Positions 1-9,274 of a stretch of DNA of 64,000 nucleotides are shown in pieces. Source of the DNA: a virus. The notes under the pieces were generated by a model. That model searched no databases. It worked only from the letters and a program-made list of their open reading frames with translations, and had not been told where the DNA came from. Both the position numbers and the translations under genes were made by a program. The stretch is taken from positions 20,363-84,362 of the IMG/VR virus record IMGVR_UViG_3300020403_000005, one strand, 5' to 3'. Position 1 is the stretch's first letter; every line of letters begins with the position of its first letter.

Positions 1-245
1 TCTACGTCCATATTTTTTTTGAGGATTGTAGCCAACTCCTTATTATGCTGCAAAGAGAAGGCCATAGCATTGTATAGATTTATTACATTTTGCTCTTTCT
101 TCGCTTTGTTGCACTTGCAGCCCCTCATTTTGGCGGCGTGTACTTTTACTAGCTCCTTGGCCCAAGAAAAATTATCCCAAGACTCTGCGTTATCTTGAAA
201 GTAGATAATCAACTCCTCCATGTCTTTAAATCGCATTTGTTTCAT
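1..245 (-). CDS. hypothetical protein, partial (runs off the window)
   Basis: Translated by hand: ATG at 245, MKQMRFKDMEELIIYFQDNAESW...GCKCNK..., no stop before position 1; starts just after the stop of the 247..612 ORF. Confidence 0.7.
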   Translation of the reverse strand, partial: MKQMRFKDMEELIIYFQDNAESWDNFSWAKELVKVHAAKMRGCKCNKAKKEQNVINLYNAMAFSLQHNKELATILKKNMDV

Positions 246-246
246 A

Positions 247-612
247 TTAAATATCAGAAGACTTAATAGTTGACTTCAGTTTAAAATAAAGAAATAAAGA
301 TAAATAAAAGCAAAGGAAAAATATTAAAAAATTTTCAAATAAGTAAGCTGCCAAGCCAGAAAGCCAAACGCTAAGGCATATTGGACAGCATATCAATCTA
401 ACCAAAAACTTCTCATGATACGCGCTCATTAAGTAGTCCGTAAACGGTATGCCAGCTTGCTCTTGGATTTTGTAACCCTCCAAAGAAAAACCCAGCAATC
501 TGCAATACTCCACAAAAGCATTGGTTTCGTTCCATATAATTAACACGAACACAACCACAACAGAGCTTATCACACTATCGCAAATAAGGCTGTATAGAGA
601 CTGTAAATCCAT
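247..612 (-). CDS. small membrane protein with CxxC (DUF1360-like)
   Basis: Hydrophobic segments at both ends and a CCPICLSVW motif. Confidence 0.55.
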   Translation of the reverse strand: MDLQSLYSLICDSVISSVVVVFVLIIWNETNAFVEYCRLLGFSLEGYKIQEQAGIPFTDYLMSAYHEKFLVRLICCPICLSVWLSGLAAYLFENFLIFFLCFYLSLFLYFKLKSTIKSSDI

Positions 613-613
613 A

Positions 614-1021
614 TTATAATTTTATTAATTCAATATCATAGAAATCAAAAATTTCTAAAGCTTTTTTGTCTCTCTCATAAACTTCCGAATACACAACTCT
701 TTTAATATGGTAGGCTGCTATCATAGTAGCGCAGTAAGAGCAGGGGAGTAAGGTGACGGCTAGTGTCTTACAGTCTCCAGATTTAAATAGAGATAAACAA
801 TTTACTTCTGCGTGAATTATGTAGGGGCGGCGAGCATCTCTATCTTCCCAGAACGAAAGATCAACATCTTTATTGGAAGCTAGGCCGTTATAGCCTAGCC
901 CTAAAACTTTATTGTCCCACCCCAAAGCGCAAGCCCCCACTTTCTTGTAGGGGTCTTCGCTTCTGGTTGCCGCAGTTTGCGCTAAATTTAGGGCGTATTG
1001 ATCCCAGCTAATTCTAAGCAT
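614..1021 (-). CDS. dCMP deaminase
   Basis: RSED...KVGA, GYNG, HAEVN and PCSYC zinc-deaminase motifs. Confidence 0.92.
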   Translation of the reverse strand: MLRISWDQYALNLAQTAATRSEDPYKKVGACALGWDNKVLGLGYNGLASNKDVDLSFWEDRDARRPYIIHAEVNCLSLFKSGDCKTLAVTLLPCSYCATMIAAYHIKRVVYSEVYERDKKALEIFDFYDIELIKL

Positions 1022-1289
1022 TTTCTTCTTGCGCTCGTTTGTAAACCATTTTCGGTCTTCCCGTTCTTGGTTTAATTTTACCGACCGTAACCAACACCCC
1101 TTCTGAAATAGCTTTATTTATCTTTGCGTGAACAGAAACTCTAGACAGTTTTCTCTCCAGAGAATTGTATACCTCTTCAGCCGTAAATTCAGTATTAGGC
1201 CATGAGACATTGACTGTTGGTCTTCCTCTTTTTTTACCTACAACGGATTTTGTAGGCGTGGTGTTCTGATCGTCTAGGTCATTACTCAT
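1014..1289 (-). CDS. winged-helix DNA-binding protein with AT-hook-like motifs
   Basis: KKRGRP at the N-terminus, FTAEEV...LSRVSVHAKI helix-turn-helix, wing ending in TGRPKMVY. Confidence 0.65.
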   Translation of the reverse strand: MSNDLDDQNTTPTKSVVGKKRGRPTVNVSWPNTEFTAEEVYNSLERKLSRVSVHAKINKAISEGVLVTVGKIKPRTGRPKMVYKRAQEENA

Positions 1290-1295
1290 ATGTTC

Positions 1296-1323
1296 ATTAT
1301 AGTAGTATTTTAAGAAATTTCAA
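1296..1323 (-). promoter_or_regulatory. sigma70-type promoter
   Basis: TTGAAA-16-TATAAT, 6 nt before the ATG at 1289. Confidence 0.7.
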
Positions 1324-1330
1324 GTTTTTT

Positions 1331-1359
1331 TTGTATCACTACGTGAATTTGCGTATTAT
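1331..1359 (+). promoter_or_regulatory. sigma70-type promoter (divergent from 1296..1323)
   Basis: TTGTAT-17-TATTAT, 5 nt before the ATG at 1365. Confidence 0.6.
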
Positions 1360-1364
1360 GAGGT

Positions 1365-1787
1365 ATGAATATAAGAGATGTTTCTAATGAGTTGTTTCAG
1401 TGGTTTTCCGACAATGACTCGTTTTGTATCTCAAAAGATTTCAATAAAGTAATTTTAATCACAGAGCATAGACAAAGAGACACCGCCGCCCTCAAGGCTG
1501 CTTTAAATAATCTAGAAAAAGTAAACTTAATACAAAAACAAGAAATCGAAGGAGAAGAAATTTGGGTTTTAGAAAAACCATTCGAACAATACGAGCAAAC
1601 AGTGGAGATACCGCCGCAGACCTGTATAGCCATAACTGAAATAATTAACTCTTTTTGCGATGAAATAGAAGACCAAACAGACCGAGTAAACTCATCCGAA
1701 ATAACCCCAAAAGACATTAATAATTTAGTTATTTTATGTAATCATTTCAAATCTTTAACTCTGCCGAGTCAAAATAACGAAGCCTGA
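1365..1787 (+). CDS. hypothetical protein
   Basis: 140-aa ORF directly after a promoter; no recognisable motif. Confidence 0.75.
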   Translation: MNIRDVSNELFQWFSDNDSFCISKDFNKVILITEHRQRDTAALKAALNNLEKVNLIQKQEIEGEEIWVLEKPFEQYEQTVEIPPQTCIAITEIINSFCDEIEDQTDRVNSSEITPKDINNLVILCNHFKSLTLPSQNNEA

Positions 1788-1788
1788 G

Positions 1789-1817
1789 TTGACTTTTGTT
1801 CAAAAACAGTTTATTGT
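1789..1817 (+). promoter_or_regulatory. sigma70-type promoter driving a non-coding region
   Basis: TTGACT-17-TATTGT with the CAAAAA spacer box. Confidence 0.65.
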
Positions 1818-1823
1818 ACAACA

Positions 1824-2195
1824 GATAATAAAAGGCTATACCTTTTAAGCTCGCTGAGAAACAACAGTGGAGTTTTCCTTGAGGCAATCGAATGCAGTAG
1901 ATGGGGTAGCTGGCCGCTACCTAGCCAACGGGTGATAGGCTGTCCGTGTCCGTGCACGGTCAAAAAACATTCAGTTAATTACTGAAGCATTACCCCAGCG
2001 TAAGCAATATGCTAGGTGAATCAATGTAAGTAGAGTTTTCTGTGGAACGGTTTCTCTCGCCTTTATTTAGGTAGTTGATTTCGGATTTAATCCGATTGCG
2101 GTGTGTGTGGAATGTCTCATCCATGTTAAAAACACAGAGCTACGAAGAAAAGTCACACAGCAGCATCCCCCCCTCTGGGGGGGTGTTGTGTTCGT
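1824..2195 (+). ncRNA. putative large structured ncRNA of unknown family
   Basis: ORF-free 480-nt gap, GC-richer than its flanks, upstream promoter, many hairpins and long-range complementarity, closing C7/G7 hairpin at 2156..2190. Confidence 0.5.
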
Positions 2196-2230
2196 TCTAA
2201 AGAAAAAGTATACACAGCTTAAAATTCGTC

Positions 2231-2259
2231 TGGACTTTTCTTCAAAAATAACTTAATAT
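2231..2259 (+). promoter_or_regulatory. sigma70-type promoter
   Basis: TGGACT-17-TAATAT with the CAAAAA box, 9 nt before ATG 2269. Confidence 0.6.
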
Positions 2260-2268
2260 AAATTAATC

Positions 2269-2877
2269 ATGATTATCGGACTTTCTGGAGTTGCTGGTGC
2301 TGGCAAGGACACTTTTTTTAAGATATTTAAAAAGTTAATTGGTGATAAACGTAAGGTCGTAAGATTCGCTTTGGCTGACGCCCTCAAGAAAGAAGTCAGC
2401 ACTTGGACCAAAAAGCACTACGGAATTTGTGCGTTTGATTGTTCTAGAGAGCAAAAAGAAGTTATTCGTCCTTTTTTAGTGTTGCATGGAGTTCAAAAAA
2501 GAATGGCTTCCGAAGGAAGACATTGGATCGAGCTTCTCGATCCAGAATTAAAGGATTATGTTGATTCCGACGATATCGCCATCGTGACCGACATCAGATA
2601 TGCAGACTTCGAAAAAGATGAGGCTTACTGGATTCAACATGAATTGAATGGTTTTATTGTTCATATTTCTATGTACATCCCGAAGAAGAACTCTAACGAG
2701 GGCGTGTTAGAGATGCATTTTGTGAAGCCCTATAATGAAGAAGAAGCTAGAAACGACCCGAAGTTAAAGGATGCGTCAGATATCAAGGTGGAGTGGCCTA
2801 AGATTGAAGATAATCCTGAGTTTGAGCAAAAGATAGAAAAACACGTACAAAATGTAATAGATTCTTTGGGTTTATAG
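2269..2877 (+). CDS. deoxynucleoside monophosphate kinase
   Basis: N-terminal P-loop GVAGAGKDT, FALADALK and TDIRY motifs typical of phage dNMP kinases. Confidence 0.85.
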   Translation: MIIGLSGVAGAGKDTFFKIFKKLIGDKRKVVRFALADALKKEVSTWTKKHYGICAFDCSREQKEVIRPFLVLHGVQKRMASEGRHWIELLDPELKDYVDSDDIAIVTDIRYADFEKDEAYWIQHELNGFIVHISMYIPKKNSNEGVLEMHFVKPYNEEEARNDPKLKDASDIKVEWPKIEDNPEFEQKIEKHVQNVIDSLGL

Positions 2878-2940
2878 TAAATATTTAAATTTTAAAATAT
2901 TCCTTCGTTCGCCCCGTCATATATTTAGGGGTAAATAAAA

Positions 2941-3531
2941 ATGAACGAAGATGAACGTCTAGCACTAAACGTTGCGAAAAACAACTGCGATAAAAGCCTG
3001 AAGGTATTAATAAACAAGCATTCCGCATTATGCTACAATATTTGCAATAAGTATTCAGCCACACTAAACTCTCGCGGAGTAAGCTTCGCAGACATCCTAA
3101 AAGAAAGAGAATACATAATTTATAAAGCTGCGCTATCTTTTAAACCAGACAGAAAGGCTAAATTTTCAACTTGGTTGGGTAACTTTGCTAGATACCACTG
3201 CCTAAACCTTATAAACGAAAAGAAAAACCATTTTTGCGTAGAAGATAAAGAATTGCACTACCATATAGATAAAGAGTCCTTATCAGCGGTTGAAACAGAA
3301 AACCCAAAAGAGTTAAAAGACTTTGCACTCAACATCTTAAAGCAGCTAAAAGACAAAAGAATAATAAAAGTATTTGAGCTTAGATACTTCTCAAACGAAG
3401 GAAAAGTAACTTGGAGTAAAATATCGAAACAAATGAATATAAGCATACAAACCGCCATAAACCTACATGAAAGAGGAAGACTCATTTTATCAAAAAAAAT
3501 AAAAAGTAAAAATTCAGAAGATTTAATTTGA
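2941..3531 (+). CDS. phage-encoded sigma70-family sigma factor
   Basis: Region 2-like KAALSFKPDRKAKFSTWL and region 4-like VFELRY...TWSKISKQMNISIQTA HTH. Confidence 0.85.
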   Translation: MNEDERLALNVAKNNCDKSLKVLINKHSALCYNICNKYSATLNSRGVSFADILKEREYIIYKAALSFKPDRKAKFSTWLGNFARYHCLNLINEKKNHFCVEDKELHYHIDKESLSAVETENPKELKDFALNILKQLKDKRIIKVFELRYFSNEGKVTWSKISKQMNISIQTAINLHERGRLILSKKIKSKNSEDLI

Positions 3532-3556
3532 CAAAACACCAAAAACAAACTAGACT
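3528..3556 (+). promoter_or_regulatory. sigma70-type promoter
   Basis: TTGACA-17-TAGACT with the CAAAAA box, 10 nt before ATG 3567. Confidence 0.75.
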
Positions 3557-3566
3557 CTAAGAAGTT

Positions 3567-3839
3567 ATGGAAAACACAAGTAACACCACAGGAAACAAGA
3601 ACCAAAACCAAGAAATGGGAGCTTTTTGGAAGCGAACATCTAAAGGTGGTATGCAATATCTTGCTGGCCATGTGACCAACAAGGATGGAACCACTAGCAA
3701 GGTGGTCGTATTTAAAAACGACAAAAAGACAGCAGATAATCAACCAGATTATCGAATCTATGAGTCGAAGCCCCTCAACGGGCAACAGGAGCAAAAACAG
3801 GCGGTGGCCCAAACCACGTCAGATGAAGACCTCATGTAA
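3567..3839 (+). CDS. DUF736-like small protein, possibly ssDNA-binding
   Basis: GAFWKRTSK..YLAG and NQPDYRIY motifs, acidic C-terminal tail. Confidence 0.65.
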   Translation: MENTSNTTGNKNQNQEMGAFWKRTSKGGMQYLAGHVTNKDGTTSKVVVFKNDKKTADNQPDYRIYESKPLNGQQEQKQAVAQTTSDEDLM

Positions 3840-4931
3840 ATGAGCTTAATCTTCAATGTTCCTATTAACGGCGTCTCCTTTGGGCAAGTATCAACATGCT
3901 TGCTCAGGGAGGCGTTCTCTCGTAATCTACAGACGGGCGGTGTAATACCTCTGGCTGGGCAAGTAGATTTAAGCTCTCAAAAGCCAGACGATTCCTTCCA
4001 GAGAAGTTTATCGGAAGCCTTGTCAAAATCCTTAACGAATCACGACCCAAACATTCCAAGCTTCAAAGTTTGGCACTTGAACAACGACAGTCTCAGTTCT
4101 GTATCTCATAGACAATTTTTACTGTCTTTTCATGAGACCGATTCAGTTACTCAACATGAACTTAATGTCGCAAAGCGTAGCGAGAAGTTAATTTTTAGCT
4201 CTAAATATACGTGCGATGTATTTAAATCTGCTGGACTGAAAAACGTAGAGCATATGCCTCTCGCTTTTGATAGTTATAATTTTAAAGCTCTAAAAGCCAA
4301 AGCCTTCTCGGATGACAGAATAACATTTACCTTGGGTGGCAAGTTCGAACACAGAAAACACCACGCTAAAATCCTATCTGCATGGGCGAAGAAGTTCGGT
4401 GACAATAAAAACTATTATTTGAATTGCAGTCTTTTTAATAAGTTTGTTTCCCCAGAAGATAATAACGCTTTAATAGCTCAAGCCCTCCAAGGGAAGAGAT
4501 ATTTTAATATTAATTTTTTGGGTTTTATGGATGATAATTTATCTTATAACGATTTCCTGAACTCTGGGGATATAATCATCGGAATGTCTGGTGGAGAAGG
4601 TTGGGGGCTACCTGAATTTCAATCAGTTGCTATGGGTAAGCACTCGGTGATACTAAATGGACATGGCTACAAAGAGTGGGCAACCTCAGAGAATTCTGTA
4701 TTAGTAGAACCAAAGGGTACTGTACCCGTTTACGATGGAATGTTCTTCAAGGAGGGGGCCATATCAAACCAAGGAAATATCTTAAACTGGCAAGAGGATG
4801 ACTTCGTAAGTGCTTGTGAGTTAGCTATCAAAAGAGTGCAAGCTAACAAAGTTAATGAAGCTGGCTTAAAATTACAAGAAGACTTTTCGGAAAAGAAGTC
4901 ATTAGACCGATTACTGGAGATAGTCCAATAG
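3840..4931 (+). CDS. glycosyltransferase (GT-B fold, GT4-like)
   Basis: GKFEHRK and EGWGLPEFQSVAMG donor-binding motifs. Confidence 0.85.
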   Translation: MSLIFNVPINGVSFGQVSTCLLREAFSRNLQTGGVIPLAGQVDLSSQKPDDSFQRSLSEALSKSLTNHDPNIPSFKVWHLNNDSLSSVSHRQFLLSFHETDSVTQHELNVAKRSEKLIFSSKYTCDVFKSAGLKNVEHMPLAFDSYNFKALKAKAFSDDRITFTLGGKFEHRKHHAKILSAWAKKFGDNKNYYLNCSLFNKFVSPEDNNALIAQALQGKRYFNINFLGFMDDNLSYNDFLNSGDIIIGMSGGEGWGLPEFQSVAMGKHSVILNGHGYKEWATSENSVLVEPKGTVPVYDGMFFKEGAISNQGNILNWQEDDFVSACELAIKRVQANKVNEAGLKLQEDFSEKKSLDRLLEIVQ

Positions 4932-4932
4932 T

Positions 4933-5292
4933 ATGCCGTTTTATCTTTACCAGCACCCGAAAACAGAGCAGATAATCGAAGTCATGCAATCCTGCAAGGA
5001 TAAACATGAATTCATCGACAGCGAAGGAGTTCAGTGGAATCGAGTCTGGACAGTACCTAATGCCTCAGTAGACAACTGCAACGACGGAACAGAGGAAGGC
5101 TTCATGAGATACACTCAAGACAAAGCGGGAACCATTGGGGATTTGTGGGACGCAAGCAAGGAATCTAGCGAAAAAAGAAAACAAAGATACGGTGAAGATA
5201 AAGTCCAGCAAAAGTTTTTTAAGGATTACTCCCAAAAACGCAAGGGTCTCAAGCACGAAAAAGAAAGAGGTAATGGCGACATTACACTCTAA
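4933..5292 (+). CDS. FmdB-like protein with a degenerate zinc ribbon
   Basis: MPFYLYQHP...IEVMQS...WNRVW resembles the FmdB N-terminus but the Cys pairs are missing. Confidence 0.5.
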   Translation: MPFYLYQHPKTEQIIEVMQSCKDKHEFIDSEGVQWNRVWTVPNASVDNCNDGTEEGFMRYTQDKAGTIGDLWDASKESSEKRKQRYGEDKVQQKFFKDYSQKRKGLKHEKERGNGDITL

Positions 5293-5407
5293 CTTTGTTG
5301 TTAATAAAAAATATTAACCCTTCGTCGTTTTTTTCTTTTATTCGCATCAAAATTGATGTAATATATTATCCATAGTCAAAATATCCAACAGGAAAGATTT
5401 TTAAAAA

Positions 5408-7849
5408 ATGAGTTCGGCAATTAACGTAAAGAAGAGAAATGGAAGACTTGAAAAACTCGACACAAACAAAATTAACTTATGTGCAGAAAGAGCCTGTGAA
5501 AACCTACAAGATGTTTCAGCTAGTGAGATCGTCCTAGACGCTCACGTACAGTTTTACGACAAAATAACCACAGAAGACATTGACAAGGCTCTCATCATGA
5601 GTGCTCGTCAAAAAATAGAAAAAGAACCAAATTACACTTTTGCGGCAGCTAGACTACTTCTATCAAACGTTCACAAGGAGGTTTTTGGTGAGAATAGAGA
5701 TGCAGACGTTTTCGACCAGCAGTATAAACTAAGCTTTGTTAAAAATATCAAGAAGCTAGTCAAGGAAGAGCTTCTTAGCGAGGACATGCTTGAGTTTGAC
5801 CTTAAAAAACTAGCAGACGCTATCGTCCCAGATAGAGATTTAAAATTCAAATACTTGGGACTGCAAATAATCTACGATAGATACCTTCTTCACGTACAAG
5901 GAAGAAGAATGGAGACTCCGCAAGCCTTTTGGATGAGAGTATCCATGGGTTTAGCGAAAAACGAGGAGAATAAAGAAGAATCTGCAATTAAATTTTATAA
6001 TATTCTATCAACATTTAGACTTTGCTGTTCAACACCTACCTTATTCAACAGTGGAACCAACAGAAGTCAACTAAGCTCATGTTATCTAAATACATTTGAC
6101 GATTCTATAGATGGAATCTTTGAGGGGTTATGGCAAGAGGCCAGAAAAAGCAAATTCGCTGGAGGTCTAGGCTTCGATGTCACAAACTTCAGAGCGAGCA
6201 ACTCTTACGTCAAGGGTACTAACGGTAAATCTTCAGGACTCATTCCTTGGCTTAAAATTTACAACGACACCCTAATCGCAGTTGACCAAGGCGGCAAAAG
6301 ACCAGGTGCTGGCTGCGCCTATCTGGAGCCTTGGCATCTCGACATTGAAGACTTTTTGGATTTAAAAAAGAATACGGGAGACGAGAGACGCCGCTGCCAT
6401 GACATGAACACGGCAAACTGGCTACCAGACCTTTTTATTAGAAAGGTTCAAAACGATGAAGATTGGTATATGTTCTCGCCTTCGGACGTTAGAGACCTAC
6501 ATGACCTGTACGGCGACAAGTTCGACAAAAGATACAAAAAGTATTGCAAACTAGCTGATGAAGGCCAACTAGAAAACCACAGAGTAATCAAGGCTAAAGA
6601 CTTATGGAAAAAAATGCTAAGAGCATTGTTTGAAACTGGTCACCCTTGGATGACATTTAAAGATAACGCCAACATGCGCTACTCAAACACTCATGAGGGT
6701 GTAGTGCATAGTTCTAACTTATGTACAGAGATATTCTTACATACAAAGCACTCGGAATATGAACTAGGCGTAAAAACAGAAGTTGGTGAAACAGCCGTGT
6801 GCAATTTAAGCTCCGTGAACCTCAAGGAACACTTAAATGAAGATAATGAGCTTGATTTTGAATTACTTTCTGAAACCATTGCAGTTCAGATGCGTATGTT
6901 GGATAATGTAATTGATTTAAATTTTTATCCAACCAAGGAAGCGGAAAAGTCTAACCTGAAGCACAGACCAGTTGGAGCGGGAAGCATGGGCTGGGCCGAT
7001 GTTTTTCACGCCTATAAAGTAGATTTTTCTAGTGACGAAGCCGTAAAGTTTTCTGATGAGCTTTACGAATTCATTTCGTATCATTGTATCTTAAATTCAA
7101 ATAAGATAGCCGAGGAGAAAGGAACCTACCCATCTTACGAAGGCTCTTTATGGAGTCAGGGTATCTTACCGATAGATACATACAAGAACCTAATGTCGTA
7201 CCTAAACGAAAAGCCAATGATCCACAGAGGTAAGAAGTTCTGCCCCGAAGTTGATTGGAAAAAATTAAGACACGACATCAAAGAAAACGGAGTACGTAAC
7301 AGTAATACTATGGCTATTGCGCCAACAGCTACGATCTCGTACATCCAAGGATGTTCCCCGTGTATTGAACCAGACTTTTCTGTATTGTTCGTTTATGAAA
7401 ACAAAAGCGGCAACTTAACGATAGTTAACGAATGGTTCATCAAGGAATGCAAGGAGTTGGGTATATGGAATCAGTCTGTAGTAGATGCAATTAAAGCTGT
7501 TGATGGAGATTTATCCCAGCTAAGTGATGACATTATCCCCCAAGAACTAAAGAATAGATTCTGCACCGCCTTTGACAGAGATCAATTTAAATTGATTGAA
7601 TCGGCTGCGGCCAAGCAAAAATGGATCGACATGGGGCAATCTTTAAATCTGTTTAATAAAAACACTAGCCTAAAATATTTAAATGATTTGTATATGTTTG
7701 CTCGCTCTCAAGGGCTGAAATCAACCTACTACCTAAGAAATCGATCAGCAAGCAAAATAGAAAAATCTACCACCAACACGAGCGAGGCGGACGGGTCTAC
7801 CGCTAAAGCTTGCTCAATTATAGACCCAACATGCGAAAGTTGTCAATAA
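5408..7849 (+). CDS. nrdA: ribonucleotide reductase class I alpha subunit
   Basis: N-terminal ATP cone (VKKRNG), TPTLFNSG, LSSCY, SNLCTEI, APTATIS, TYYLR and C-terminal CSIIDPTCESCQ. Confidence 0.97.
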   Translation: MSSAINVKKRNGRLEKLDTNKINLCAERACENLQDVSASEIVLDAHVQFYDKITTEDIDKALIMSARQKIEKEPNYTFAAARLLLSNVHKEVFGENRDADVFDQQYKLSFVKNIKKLVKEELLSEDMLEFDLKKLADAIVPDRDLKFKYLGLQIIYDRYLLHVQGRRMETPQAFWMRVSMGLAKNEENKEESAIKFYNILSTFRLCCSTPTLFNSGTNRSQLSSCYLNTFDDSIDGIFEGLWQEARKSKFAGGLGFDVTNFRASNSYVKGTNGKSSGLIPWLKIYNDTLIAVDQGGKRPGAGCAYLEPWHLDIEDFLDLKKNTGDERRRCHDMNTANWLPDLFIRKVQNDEDWYMFSPSDVRDLHDLYGDKFDKRYKKYCKLADEGQLENHRVIKAKDLWKKMLRALFETGHPWMTFKDNANMRYSNTHEGVVHSSNLCTEIFLHTKHSEYELGVKTEVGETAVCNLSSVNLKEHLNEDNELDFELLSETIAVQMRMLDNVIDLNFYPTKEAEKSNLKHRPVGAGSMGWADVFHAYKVDFSSDEAVKFSDELYEFISYHCILNSNKIAEEKGTYPSYEGSLWSQGILPIDTYKNLMSYLNEKPMIHRGKKFCPEVDWKKLRHDIKENGVRNSNTMAIAPTATISYIQGCSPCIEPDFSVLFVYENKSGNLTIVNEWFIKECKELGIWNQSVVDAIKAVDGDLSQLSDDIIPQELKNRFCTAFDRDQFKLIESAAAKQKWIDMGQSLNLFNKNTSLKYLNDLYMFARSQGLKSTYYLRNRSASKIEKSTTNTSEADGSTAKACSIIDPTCESCQ

Positions 7850-8859
7850 TGAATAAGAATGGATTGTTATTTGGAGAAGAAATCGCGGGGGTAAACCAAA
7901 TCCTACCGCATAAACATGAAATGGTCTGGGATTTATTTCTCAAAGGGGTAGCCAACAACTGGTCTCCAGCAGAAATTAATATGTCTAACGACATCGAACA
8001 ATGGAAAGACGGAACGCTCTCAAAAGATGAAAAACTACTCGTCAAAAGATGTCTGGGCTTTTTTGCTGGAAGTGAGTCCTTGGTTGGTAATAATCTACTA
8101 CTTACTGTCGCAAAATGGGTAACAGACCCAGAATGCCGCCAGTATATATTAAGACAAGCTTACGAGGAGTCACTGCACAACTGGACGGTGGTTACGTGTT
8201 GCGACAGCTTCAACCTAAAGGTCAGCGATGTTTATGAGGCTTATGTTAATATTCCATCTATCAAAGCAAAAGACGATTTCCTAATGGAGATTACCTCTGA
8301 TGTAAACAGAGCAGAATTCACAACTAAAACTATTGAAGGTAAAAGAGAGTTTCTTAGAAATTTAATTACATATTATATTGTTTGTGAAGGAACATTCTTC
8401 TTTAGCGGCTTCGCCATGCTTTTGGCACTCGGCAGACAAAACAAGCTGTCAGGACTGTCTGATCAAATTAGATACACCCTAAGAGATGAGAGCTTGCATA
8501 TAAAATTCGGAACATATCTGATCAACACTGTCAAGGAGCAATACCCAACCGTGTGGACTAAAAAATTCGAAGAAGAAACGGTAGAGCACATTAAAAAGGC
8601 TGTAGAGCTAGAGGTCAAATACGCCCACGACGTTCTACCTCGTGGTATTTTGGGGCTAAACGCTGAAATGTTTGTAGACTACATGCAGTATATCGGAAAT
8701 AGAAGATTGGAGGGTATCGGAATTGATTATCGATTCGATAGCGATAACAACCCCTTCCCTTGGCTGTCTGAAGTTGTAGACACTGGAGCGATGACTAATT
8801 TCTTTGAAAGAAAAGTCAAAGATTACCAGAGTTCTGGAGTTTTAGAAGACGATTTTTAA
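7849..8859 (+). CDS. nrdB: ribonucleotide reductase beta subunit, class Ic-like
   Basis: Ferritin-like EESLH, EGTFFFSGF, RDESLH and NFFE motifs; start moved to the ATG overlapping the nrdA stop (TAATG). Confidence 0.95.
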   Translation: MNKNGLLFGEEIAGVNQILPHKHEMVWDLFLKGVANNWSPAEINMSNDIEQWKDGTLSKDEKLLVKRCLGFFAGSESLVGNNLLLTVAKWVTDPECRQYILRQAYEESLHNWTVVTCCDSFNLKVSDVYEAYVNIPSIKAKDDFLMEITSDVNRAEFTTKTIEGKREFLRNLITYYIVCEGTFFFSGFAMLLALGRQNKLSGLSDQIRYTLRDESLHIKFGTYLINTVKEQYPTVWTKKFEEETVEHIKKAVELEVKYAHDVLPRGILGLNAEMFVDYMQYIGNRRLEGIGIDYRFDSDNNPFPWLSEVVDTGAMTNFFERKVKDYQSSGVLEDDF

Positions 8860-8860
8860 T

Positions 8861-9223
8861 ATGAACAATGTACAAGGCAAGGTTTGGGGGCTTACTCAAC
8901 CATTATTCTGTAAAAATAATGTAGAAATACATAGAATCGAAGCTAAAAAAGGCGGATACTGCTCAAAACATAAGCACGAGTATAAATACAACGCTTTTTT
9001 TGTTGAGTCTGGTTGTTTGAAGATTACCGCGTGGAAGAATGACTACAACCTTGTAGACGAAACTCTAGTAGGCGCAGGTCAAATAACAACCTGTCCGCCC
9101 AATGAATATCATATGTTCGAAGCGGTGGAGGATACTGTTGCTTATGAAATTTACTGGGTAGAATTAAATGAAAAAGATATAGTTCGAGAAAATTGCGGCG
9201 GAACGGAATCTTTATTAGATTAA
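8861..9223 (+). CDS. cupin-domain protein (sugar isomerase-like)
   Basis: KVWG, CSKHKH, FFVESG and PPNEYHMF cupin motifs. Confidence 0.8.
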   Translation: MNNVQGKVWGLTQPLFCKNNVEIHRIEAKKGGYCSKHKHEYKYNAFFVESGCLKITAWKNDYNLVDETLVGAGQITTCPPNEYHMFEAVEDTVAYEIYWVELNEKDIVRENCGGTESLLD

Positions 9224-9257
9224 TTTAACAAAGCCATTTCTCTAATTGTAAATGATC

Positions 9258-9266
9258 GTGTAAATA
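9258..9266 (+). promoter_or_regulatory. putative late promoter motif GTGTAAATA
   Basis: Same motif precedes the structural genes; 8 nt before ATG 9275. Confidence 0.6.
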
Positions 9267-9274
9267 TAAGTGAC

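Noticed and set aside
1824-2195. tmRNA, RNase P RNA, tRNA or self-splicing intron
   Set aside because: No tRNA-like ends or T-loop/CCA, no GAGGAAAGTCC, no group I P7 or group II terminal motifs are visible, and no gene is interrupted.
7810-7848. Longer NrdB start from the ORF track
   Set aside because: It lies inside nrdA; the TAATG overlap at 7849 matches the coupling used elsewhere.
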